Positions 8,949-17,210 of a stretch of DNA of 51,656 bases are shown one piece after another (position 1 is the stretch's first letter; each line of letters opens with the position of its first letter). Source of the stretch: a virus (Duplodnaviria > Caudoviricetes); the IMG/VR virus record IMGVR_UViG_3300020034_000024, positions 1-51,656 of that record; one strand, 5' to 3'. Under the pieces are notes generated by a model, which saw only the letters and a list, made by a program, of their open reading frames with translations, was not told where the DNA came from and ran no database searches. A program made the translations under genes and the position numbers.

Positions 8949-9919
8949 ATATATTAGTAACAGGCAGTTCGGGATTTATTGGGGGGCATTTAGTTAGAAG
9001 GCTAAAAGCAGAAGGCCATTTCGTTATTGGTGCAGATCTTGTAGAGCCTGAGTACTCACGACCAGATGAATTTCATTTGTGTGACTTGCGTAATTCTGTT
9101 TCATGTTATGAGATATTCATCAAACACAAAATAGATCATGTGTATAGTCTGGCGGCTTTAATGGGCGGGATGGGATACATAGGCGATTCAAAACATAGTT
9201 ACGATGTAATGATCGGTAGCTCACAGGTTGTTATTAACACACTGGATTATGCAATCAGAACAGGCGTTAAAAAAATATTCTATAGTTCATCGGCTTGCGT
9301 TTACAACCAAACGAAGCAGGAAAAAACAACCGATGTTTCATTAAAAGAGAGTGATGCATACCCATCTTTTCCGGACCTAGTCTACGGCTGGCAGAAATTA
9401 TTTAGTGAGCAACTACACCAAGCGGCAAGCGATAGAATTGAAGTAAGGATCGCAAGGTTTCATAACATTTACGGTCCTGAAGGATGTTATAAAGGAGGAA
9501 AGGAAAAGGCACCGGCTGCAATTTGCCGAAAAGTGGCAAGCGTGTCGGAACATGCAAAAACTGGCGGTCGGGGTATTGATAAAATACAAATTTGGGGAAC
9601 GGGTGAACAAACCAGGTCTTTTCTCTTCATAGAAGATTGCATTGATGCAGTTCGTTTGCTAATGGATTCCGATCATACAGAACCTATAAATATAGGAAGT
9701 GAGGAAATGATTTCTATCAACGACCTTGCTAAAATGGTAATTGGGATCGCTCAATATGCAGTTCGAATTAAGAATGTAAAGGGTAATGTTGGTGTAATGG
9801 GAAGGAATAGCGATAATACGGTAATCAGAAACGTTTTAGGATGGGAGCCTAAATTCACACTACGCGAAGGCATGACCGAAACTTTTAATTGGATAAATCA
9901 GGAGATTAATGGGAAATAA
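8945..9919 (+). CDS. GDP-D-mannose 3,5-epimerase (GME-type extended SDR)
   Basis: GSSGFIG, AALMGGMGYI, YSSSACVY, YGWQK, RFHNIYGPEG..KGGKEKAPAAICRK, GRNSDNT. Confidence 0.9.
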   Translation: MNILVTGSSGFIGGHLVRRLKAEGHFVIGADLVEPEYSRPDEFHLCDLRNSVSCYEIFIKHKIDHVYSLAALMGGMGYIGDSKHSYDVMIGSSQVVINTLDYAIRTGVKKIFYSSSACVYNQTKQEKTTDVSLKESDAYPSFPDLVYGWQKLFSEQLHQAASDRIEVRIARFHNIYGPEGCYKGGKEKAPAAICRKVASVSEHAKTGGRGIDKIQIWGTGEQTRSFLFIEDCIDAVRLLMDSDHTEPINIGSEEMISINDLAKMVIGIAQYAVRIKNVKGNVGVMGRNSDNTVIRNVLGWEPKFTLREGMTETFNWINQEINGK

Positions 9920-10241
9920 CCTATCAAGAAAGCAAAAGCTCCACAACGAAAGAGTAGGAGCGGAAGCGAAAGAAGTTTACACTAAACTAACGGCCAAGTT
10001 TTTGGAGTTCTTTATTTACTCTGATTCACCGGACGAACAAAAGATCGTTGACAAGATGGATGAACTATCAAAGAAGTGGAGACTATATTGCAAGGCTAAA
10101 AACCTTTTGCCAACGGTTTATCCGATTGTTGATCAGTACATGGAAGGCGTTATAAAGCAGTATTCAGAGATGGGTAAAAAGACCGATGATGGATTTGGAA
10201 TCGTTGAACCAAAAGTAGTTAACGATGGGATACCTGCATAA
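9909..10241 (+). CDS. hypothetical protein in the glycan cluster
   Basis: ORF overlapping both neighbours. Confidence 0.65.
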   Translation: MGNNLSRKQKLHNERVGAEAKEVYTKLTAKFLEFFIYSDSPDEQKIVDKMDELSKKWRLYCKAKNLLPTVYPIVDQYMEGVIKQYSEMGKKTDDGFGIVEPKVVNDGIPA

Positions 10242-10893
10242 CGGAGTAAAGACAGGCGGGGTTCCGATAGACTTTATAAAAAGGTTTGTTGACGCTTACG
10301 ATATTAAGATTTTCATTGAAACTGGAACAGCGGGCGGTCAGTCAGCACAAGATGCTGCAGCTATATTCGAATCAGTTCACACCATTGAGATAGTAGAAGG
10401 CCGGTCCAATGTTTTGTGTCCTGAAAATGTGAGTTTCTACATTGGTGATAGTTCGAAACTTTTAAAAACAATTGCAGCGCCATTCAAAGGCCAAAGGATA
10501 GTATTTTGGTTAGACGCCCATTGGTCTGAACCTTACGAATCACCTGAAGGAGTAAACGAATGCCCGGTACTTGAGGAAATAGCATCGATTAAAGGCCATG
10601 ACGCTTTAGTTTTGATTGATGATGCGCGTTTGTTCTTTGGTGCCCATCCTTATCCTGGCGATCCAAGAAAGTGGCCTAATTTTCAAAAGGTATTTGCTTA
10701 CCTTCGTGAAAGCTTTCCTAAACATGAAATTACAATAGTCGATGATTATATTATTGCTATACCTGATTACATGCGTGATACGTTCCACGTGGAATGGAGA
10801 GAGAGATTTAAAGAGCGTTATCCGGAAGCTATCGACCGTGTTAAAACGGAAATGAGGAATTCATTGGAGTACTTAAAGGAGTTTGTGCGATGA
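10225..10893 (+). CDS. class I SAM-dependent methyltransferase-like protein
   Basis: FIETGT..G, HTIEI, GDS, FWLDAHWS, LIDDAR. Confidence 0.75.
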   Translation: MGYLHNGVKTGGVPIDFIKRFVDAYDIKIFIETGTAGGQSAQDAAAIFESVHTIEIVEGRSNVLCPENVSFYIGDSSKLLKTIAAPFKGQRIVFWLDAHWSEPYESPEGVNECPVLEEIASIKGHDALVLIDDARLFFGAHPYPGDPRKWPNFQKVFAYLRESFPKHEITIVDDYIIAIPDYMRDTFHVEWRERFKERYPEAIDRVKTEMRNSLEYLKEFVR

Positions 10894-11510
10894 ATTGGAT
10901 AGAGAAAATGTATCGTTTAAATGGCAAGGATATGTACTCTCAGAATTCTGAGGGCTATTATCTTGAATACATTTTCGATAACATCTACGTTCATCCACAT
11001 GAAAAACGATTCATTGATATAGGTGGTGGGGATGGGTTCTACCTATCAAATACCCGACATCTTGATAATTTAGGATGGTCAGGACGTGTTTTAGATCGTG
11101 AAAATGGTATAGATATTACAATTCAAAATGTACAGGAATTCATTGAATTTAATCCAGCAGTGCTTTCTATTGACATTGACGGTAACGATTTTTGGATTAT
11201 AGACGAGATTTTAAAGGCTCAAAAACCGGCTGTTATTATAGCAGAATTCAACGCTTCATACATCGACTCACGCGCTATAAAATACAATCCTTTACACGAA
11301 TGGGCTGGCGATTCTTACTACGGATTTACTTTCAAAGCAGGGGAAAAGCTTGCTGAATTGCACGGCTACAAAGTAATTTTCCAAATCGCTGACATGAACA
11401 TGATAATGGTTCGCGCTGATTTGATCGAAGGCTTATACGTTCCGCCTGTGACATATAAACAAAGTGATTACTTTAAAATGTCGGAAAGAACCGATTGGAT
11501 TACCGTATGA
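10890..11510 (+). CDS. FkbM-like methyltransferase
   Basis: YSQNSE, FIDIGGGDG..SNT, LSIDIDGNDFWI, IAEFN. Confidence 0.8.
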   Translation: MNWIEKMYRLNGKDMYSQNSEGYYLEYIFDNIYVHPHEKRFIDIGGGDGFYLSNTRHLDNLGWSGRVLDRENGIDITIQNVQEFIEFNPAVLSIDIDGNDFWIIDEILKAQKPAVIIAEFNASYIDSRAIKYNPLHEWAGDSYYGFTFKAGEKLAELHGYKVIFQIADMNMIMVRADLIEGLYVPPVTYKQSDYFKMSERTDWITV

Positions 11511-11758
11511 AAATAGTTGAATGTAATGTTTGGTGTACGGCTGTTGATAAACAACTGATCGAATTAGGTGTTGCGGAAGGTGATTCATGGATGCCAATAG
11601 CGGTTGATTTTACCAGAGTTGTGGCAATTAAACTAAGTGGTGAAAATGATTTTTTAGGGGATGATAAGGCCACATTGTATTTCGATGGCAGAGAGTTGAT
11701 AGTAGATATTTCGTACACAGAAGCAATTAAATTATGGAAGTATGCTAATAAGCTTTGA
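11507..11758 (+). CDS. hypothetical protein
   Basis: ATG 11507 overlaps the previous stop (ATGA). Confidence 0.6.
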   Translation: MKIVECNVWCTAVDKQLIELGVAEGDSWMPIAVDFTRVVAIKLSGENDFLGDDKATLYFDGRELIVDISYTEAIKLWKYANKL

Positions 11759-12350
11759 ATCAATAGTAAAGAAGTACGGTAAGCCAAACGGTATCCTACA
11801 TTGTGGAGGGAACATAGGGGAAGAGGCACAAGCCTACGACTCTCAAGGCGTAAAAGATGTTTGTTGGATAGAAGCCAACCCCGAACTTATCCCAACGCTA
11901 AAGGCAAATGTGAAGCAATACGGGCATAAAGTTGTAGAGTCTTGTGTTTCTGATATGGAAGGTTTTGAGGTAGTTTTCCATATCTCGAATAATGCTGGAC
12001 AAAGTAGTTCTTTCTTGGAGCTTGGAACCCATAAAATTCAGCACCCTAGCGTGCATTACGTGAAAGATATTACAATGAAAACAAGGCGTCTTGATTCAAT
12101 GGGTTGCTGGGGAGGGTATGATTTCCTTAATTTAGATTTACAGGGCAGTGAGTTAAAAGCAATGCGCGGGCTTGGAGAATACTTGCACAATTTTAAATTG
12201 ATTTACTGTGAAGTGAACAAAGCAGCGGTTTATGTTGATTGTCCACACGTAAACGATATAGACCTATTCCTTAATGGATTCGGTTTTAAACGTGTTGAAA
12301 CAGCTAAATGGATAGGAGACTGGACAGACGCAATTTATATCAAAAAATGA
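11742..12350 (+). CDS. FkbM family methyltransferase
   Basis: LHCGGNIGEE, WIEANP, QSSSFL, LNLDLQGSEL, IYCEVN. Confidence 0.9.
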   Translation: MLISFESIVKKYGKPNGILHCGGNIGEEAQAYDSQGVKDVCWIEANPELIPTLKANVKQYGHKVVESCVSDMEGFEVVFHISNNAGQSSSFLELGTHKIQHPSVHYVKDITMKTRRLDSMGCWGGYDFLNLDLQGSELKAMRGLGEYLHNFKLIYCEVNKAAVYVDCPHVNDIDLFLNGFGFKRVETAKWIGDWTDAIYIKK

Positions 12351-12511
12351 CACCATACATCGAGCGAAAGAACACGCACAAAAAGCTGTTCAATGACTTG
12401 CTAAAGCAAAACATTAAAGCTGTTGACATTGCAGCGGCCAACATGATGAACCCGGAAGATTACCCGGTTTTCAAAAAGTTGATGGATAAGTTGATTAAGA
12501 ATTATAAATGA
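12347..12511 (+). CDS. small hypothetical protein
   Basis: ATGA-coupled at both ends. Confidence 0.55.
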   Translation: MTPYIERKNTHKKLFNDLLKQNIKAVDIAAANMMNPEDYPVFKKLMDKLIKNYK

Positions 12512-13296
12512 CCAGAATCCAAGAGTTTCAGAAGCCGATAAAGGTTGCATATCCCGATGGAAATTCGGAAATCTTCGAACAATGGTTAATTGCTAATTGC
12601 GACCATCCGGATTATCTACCTATAAACTGGTGTGGATTTTTCGTGAATAATAACTATGGTAAGGATCGCATTCCAATGCAGAATTTGCAGCGGTTTGTTA
12701 ACGGATTGGATAAAAATAAACGTTGGTTTTCTGTAACCCAATATGACCTAGGAATACTTACGGACATTTCAGGATTGAACGTTAAAGTTTTCGGGTCCGG
12801 GGGTGGTCGTATAGACTTTCCTATTCCGTTGATTTGTAAGCCTCACGGAAGATTGGAAAATGATAGGACCATATTCGCGAACTTTGTAGGGTCGATAACT
12901 CACCCGCTTAGAAAGCGAATGATTGATGTTTTGAAAGGCGATGATTACTACATTTCAACTGTTCATCATTCAATTGAGGACTTTTGCGGTATTCTTTCAA
13001 AATCAATATTCACGCTTTGTTGTCGTGGTTTTGGGCTTACATCATTCCGGATATGTGAAGCATTGGAACAAGGAAGTATACCAATTTACATATCAGACGA
13101 GTTCATCATCCCAGGTCACAAAGATTTCAACGAATACGGGGTATTAATCCACTCCGATCAGATAAACGAGATAGACGACATTTTGAAATCAATCTCAATA
13201 GATCAGATAGTTTCAAAACAGGAAGCAGGGAAACGGATTTATGAGGAAATGTATTCATATTCTGGATGCAGGCAGTTAATTTTGGATAACCTATGA
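12508..13296 (+). CDS. exostosin-family glycosyltransferase (GT47)
   Basis: FVGSITH.LR, SIFTLCCRGFGLTSFRICEAL..GSIPIYISD. Confidence 0.85.
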   Translation: MTRIQEFQKPIKVAYPDGNSEIFEQWLIANCDHPDYLPINWCGFFVNNNYGKDRIPMQNLQRFVNGLDKNKRWFSVTQYDLGILTDISGLNVKVFGSGGGRIDFPIPLICKPHGRLENDRTIFANFVGSITHPLRKRMIDVLKGDDYYISTVHHSIEDFCGILSKSIFTLCCRGFGLTSFRICEALEQGSIPIYISDEFIIPGHKDFNEYGVLIHSDQINEIDDILKSISIDQIVSKQEAGKRIYEEMYSYSGCRQLILDNL

Positions 13297-13472
13297 TTGA
13301 AGTTGGTAAAACATACGACATAAAAACTACTAGATATGGTAGTAAGTTTAAGGTCAAGAAGATAAATGAGAAAGGTATTGTTTGTGGGTATTACATGACC
13401 CCTGACAATAAATATAAACAAGGTGCTTGCATCAAAGACGTAGAGTTTTTAAAATTAATAACAAATGCTTGA
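13293..13472 (+). CDS. small hypothetical protein (59 aa)
   Basis: ATGA overlap; reads MIEVGKTYDIKTTRYGSKFKVKKINEKG... Confidence 0.55.
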   Translation: MIEVGKTYDIKTTRYGSKFKVKKINEKGIVCGYYMTPDNKYKQGACIKDVEFLKLITNA

Positions 13473-13746
13473 TTTCATCCTACTTTTAATCATCGGTAGC
13501 CTTTGGATTTGGGGTGTATTCGCGGTGTTCGATGATGGTATGATACTATGGCCAATTCGGGAAGGATTAGAATTTAGACTTCCTGTTAATTGCCTGAAAC
13601 CTTTCATTTCCTGCCCTGCATGTATGGCCAGTGTCCACGGGGTAATAATAGGGACTATTTACTACGACTTTCAAATTATAGTATTGGTTTACATGATTTG
13701 CCTTTGCGGTCTTAACTTCATCATTAAAGAATATTTATACCCATGA
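13465..13746 (+). CDS. membrane protein with CxxC (DUF1360-like)
   Basis: Hydrophobic segments and KPFISCPACMASVHG. Confidence 0.6.
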   Translation: MLDFILLLIIGSLWIWGVFAVFDDGMILWPIREGLEFRLPVNCLKPFISCPACMASVHGVIIGTIYYDFQIIVLVYMICLCGLNFIIKEYLYP

Positions 13747-14480
13747 GTTTATTTCGCCCATCAAAAAGAGATTTATATCAGCTTAAAATTCTGGTTGAAA
13801 AGAACCTCACAGAAGCAGAGATTCAAAACTTCATGGATGTTGACTTTGGCGAGTTTGCCAAGTGGAAACAGAAACCGGAAGTTTTAGAAATCCTATCCAC
13901 TCGAAAGGTGATAGATTCAAGCAAAGACACAATCAAGCACCCGGATTTTGCCGATCAGGTTGAAGTAGCTTTCGAATGTGGGTTAGTGAAGTACTACCGG
14001 TTCACAGATCAATATAAGATGCCCACAGGTCGATACAAATACATCATGGCAGCGATTCGAGAAGTTGATCTACGGATGGACCTTTCGACCATGAACGGCT
14101 ATGTGGACGATTTAAAGAAGTCTTTGGACGGTCAGGCAAAGCAGATCGATTTAGCAAAAGCTTGGAAGACTATTTTCAGTATAGAAACGCGTCTAATGTT
14201 GGCATTCGAACCGGCAGGTATAAAGAAACTTGCTTCAGTATGCTACTTTACCGAGGATGAGATTTTGACCACATGGGATAAGGATGTGGATGGTAAAAAG
14301 AAGGTAGAGTTTTGGGATAAACACAACTGTCTGGATTTTTTTTTGACGAAGCCTATTTCAGAGTTAATAAGACTGAACGACTCTTCCATAACCTCTTTGG
14401 AAACATATTTGAGCCAGGCATCGGTGATTCTGGAGGAATTGAGTTATCAAGCACCCCAACCATCATCGGAGAATTTATAA
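13743..14480 (+). CDS. tail assembly chaperone (G-like)
   Basis: Directly upstream of the tape measure gene; contains a T9 slippery run. Confidence 0.7.
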   Translation: MSLFRPSKRDLYQLKILVEKNLTEAEIQNFMDVDFGEFAKWKQKPEVLEILSTRKVIDSSKDTIKHPDFADQVEVAFECGLVKYYRFTDQYKMPTGRYKYIMAAIREVDLRMDLSTMNGYVDDLKKSLDGQAKQIDLAKAWKTIFSIETRLMLAFEPAGIKKLASVCYFTEDEILTTWDKDVDGKKKVEFWDKHNCLDFFLTKPISELIRLNDSSITSLETYLSQASVILEELSYQAPQPSSENL

Positions 14481-14644
14481 AGAAATGGGAAAAAGATATT
14501 GTGTATCTTAGCGACTACAATCCAATAAAAGAGCGGGAACTTAGACGGATGGACATTTATTCTTTCTATTTTCGCATTAGTGATCAAAAGGAAAGAGCCG
14601 ACAAAGGCAAGAAAGGGAAGTTTGGCCGTGAGGCGTGGCAATAA
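14336..14644 (+). CDS. -1 frameshift extension of the tail chaperone (GT-like)
   Basis: T TTT TTT at 14336-14344; -1 frame open to TAA 14642-14644 with a stop just upstream of the site. Confidence 0.75.
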   Translation, partial: FFFDEAYFRVNKTERLFHNLFGNIFEPGIGDSGGIELSSTPTIIGEFIKKWEKDIVYLSDYNPIKERELRRMDIYSFYFRISDQKERADKGKKGKFGREAWQ

Positions 14645-14663
14645 ATTCTAGTTCTATGATGGC

Positions 14664-17210
14664 ATGGACGATAAGCAGGTTAACATCAACATTAACTATA
14701 AGGTTAACACGGTTGAAGTAGAGAAGGCTCAACAGCTTGTTCAAAAGGCACAGGCAACTACAAACCAATTTCAACAGGCATCACAACAGGCCGGGAAGTC
14801 AACCGAGGCAGCGTTTAAAGCCGCTGGGGCTTCTATCGAAACTCTTAACGGTAAATTACTTTCGCTAAAGGATCGCATTACACAATCTTCAGATCCTAAA
14901 AAAGTAGCTCAATTATCTGAGCAATACAAAAAGCTAAAAACTCAGGTAGATGATTTAAATAAATCTGCTTTTCAAACCCCGAAAGCCATTGCTGAAACAG
15001 GCAAGGCAACTCAATCGCTAGCTGGGCAATTAGGAGGGCTTTACACGGCTGTTAAACTTGCTTTTACTGCAGGCATAATCAAGGAATTAGCGACAACAGC
15101 CATAGAAATGGCTAAACTTTCAGGTAATGTAGAGGGAGTTTCGAGAGCTTTTAACAGAACCTTTCCAGATGCCGAGTCACTTTTATTTAAGCTAACAAAA
15201 GCCACTCATGGTACGGTATCTGAATTTGATTTGATGCAAAAGGCACTCAAGGCCAAAAACTTAGGTGTTCCAGTTCAAGAATTTGCAAAACTATTAGAAT
15301 TCGCAACTACAAGAGCGCAACAAACCGGTGATAGTGTTGATTACTTGGTTAATAGTATAGTCGATGGATTGGGGCGTAAATCTATTCTAAAGCTTGATAA
15401 CCTGGGAGTATCAGCCACTAGAATAAAAGAAGCAATGGGGGGCATTAGCCTACAAGCCGCTAGTGTTGCACAGGTAACAGAGGCGTTTACAAAAGTAGCA
15501 GGGGAGGAGCTTCAAAAAATGGGTGGATACGCTGAAACTTCAGCAACCCAAGTTGATCAATTAACGGTATCATTTGCAACACTTAGACAAGAATTATCAC
15601 AAGCTATAGAAGCAAGTAGTTTTGTAACTTTTGTAAAGGGTTATGTCGACAGTTTTGTGTTATTATTAGAGGCAAGAAGAAATGGTAATACTGTTTCTGA
15701 ACAATCACAAGAAAATATAAGAAAAGAAATTGCGCAAATAAGCGCCACAGATTTTACTACACGAAATCTTACAAAATCAAAAGAAGAAAATAATAAAATA
15801 CTTGAAGATGAAATAAAAATATTAACTAAAGAGGTTGGCGCATGGAGTGCCTTCAAGAATATACAAGATAATGAAATAAAGAATCTAAAAGAAGAAAAGA
15901 AAGAGCTTAATGATAGGGTTAAGAATCATACTATAGGATCAAGACAAGCATCTGAAAGATTAGTTCAGATTTCAGAAGAGATTGTAATTAGTGAAAAATT
16001 ACGTGATGCCAATAAAGAAGATGCATTAATTCGCCAGGAGTTATTAAAAATTTACGCTGCCCAATTAGTGGCTAGCAAAAAACAAAAGGATGTTGAGGTA
16101 GAGCAATTAGGCATAATCGAACAACTTCAGGAAGACATTCAAAATTTAGGAGACAAGATTAAAAAAGCAAGTTCATTTGAAGATATACGAAGGCTTAATG
16201 ATGAACTGAAAGTACTTCAGGCTACGTTGACTGAAATACAAAATTCTACTAATCAATTTGATCCGTTAGCGTCTGTAACTTTTGATATTAAAAATAAACT
16301 TGCTAAAGGTAAAGTCAATTTAAAAGGCGATGATTTAATAAACACCGAAGAGTTAACAGCGGATACAGAAAGGTTATTTGGAGAAATTGGACAAAAGGCC
16401 GCTGATAGTTTCGTGTTAGGAACAAAAAATCAGTTAGATAAATCAACCGAATTACAACAAGCTTTTGAAGATGCTAAGGCCGATTTAATTAATGCAGGTA
16501 TAGACATTGCAGCTAACGCATTGGTTGATTTGGCTAACATGGAAGTAGATTCTTATTCACAAAGAATTAGATTATTGCAATCATTCTATGATGATCAAAT
16601 TACAGCGGCAGGGGACAACCAAAGAGCTAAAGAGGAAATTCAACAAAGGGAGAAAAAAGCTATTGATAAAGCAAGGCGAGAACAAGCTAAGAAAGAAAAG
16701 CAAGCGGCAATTTTTTCAATCATTATTAGTACCGCAGCGTCAATTGCTAAAACTGCTTCAGCACTCCCTTACCCTGCAAACATTCCAGGTATTATAATAG
16801 CAGCAGCAGAAGGAGCGGCACAGCTTGCGGTTGCTTCACAACAAAATCCTGGATTCAAGGAGGGTGTTTTGAATTTGAATGGAAAAGGAACTGGCACAAG
16901 TGATTCAATACAGGCCAGACTTTCAAAAGGTGAATCAGTAATGACCGCACAAGAATGGAAAACATCAAAGAATGTGCTGAAAGAAGTTCGTGCAAAAAGA
17001 TTAGATGATGATGTTTTAGCAAGTCTGAAATTAGGCAACGATGGTGTTAAGATTGTTGGCGGCATGGACGACAAACGAATGATTGCAAAGTTGGATGAGA
17101 TTAAAAACTCTTTCCCTGATGTTGAAGCACGCGGCCACCTGCTTTATACAACTAAGAGTAAATCCGATAATTATCGTAGATGGGTTCGTAAATCTTCAAT
17201 GAGCGACTAA
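14664..17210 (+). CDS. tail tape measure protein
   Basis: Long Ala/Gln/Lys-rich helical protein, GLGRKS.LKLDNLGV, C-terminal GTGTSDSIQARLSKGESV. Confidence 0.9.
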   Translation: MDDKQVNININYKVNTVEVEKAQQLVQKAQATTNQFQQASQQAGKSTEAAFKAAGASIETLNGKLLSLKDRITQSSDPKKVAQLSEQYKKLKTQVDDLNKSAFQTPKAIAETGKATQSLAGQLGGLYTAVKLAFTAGIIKELATTAIEMAKLSGNVEGVSRAFNRTFPDAESLLFKLTKATHGTVSEFDLMQKALKAKNLGVPVQEFAKLLEFATTRAQQTGDSVDYLVNSIVDGLGRKSILKLDNLGVSATRIKEAMGGISLQAASVAQVTEAFTKVAGEELQKMGGYAETSATQVDQLTVSFATLRQELSQAIEASSFVTFVKGYVDSFVLLLEARRNGNTVSEQSQENIRKEIAQISATDFTTRNLTKSKEENNKILEDEIKILTKEVGAWSAFKNIQDNEIKNLKEEKKELNDRVKNHTIGSRQASERLVQISEEIVISEKLRDANKEDALIRQELLKIYAAQLVASKKQKDVEVEQLGIIEQLQEDIQNLGDKIKKASSFEDIRRLNDELKVLQATLTEIQNSTNQFDPLASVTFDIKNKLAKGKVNLKGDDLINTEELTADTERLFGEIGQKAADSFVLGTKNQLDKSTELQQAFEDAKADLINAGIDIAANALVDLANMEVDSYSQRIRLLQSFYDDQITAAGDNQRAKEEIQQREKKAIDKARREQAKKEKQAAIFSIIISTAASIAKTASALPYPANIPGIIIAAAEGAAQLAVASQQNPGFKEGVLNLNGKGTGTSDSIQARLSKGESVMTAQEWKTSKNVLKEVRAKRLDDDVLASLKLGNDGVKIVGGMDDKRMIAKLDEIKNSFPDVEARGHLLYTTKSKSDNYRRWVRKSSMSD

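Noticed and set aside
4970-13296. Captured host LPS/capsule island or chimeric contig
   Set aside because: No Wzx, Wzy, ABC exporter or initiating phosphoglycosyltransferase; genes are interleaved with phage-type small ORFs and an HNH and overlap into the tail genes
4970-13296. T4-like DNA hypermodification cluster
   Set aside because: No dCMP/dUMP hydroxymethylase, TET/JBP, nucleotide kinase or DNA polymerase recognised; not fully excluded without nucleoside analysis
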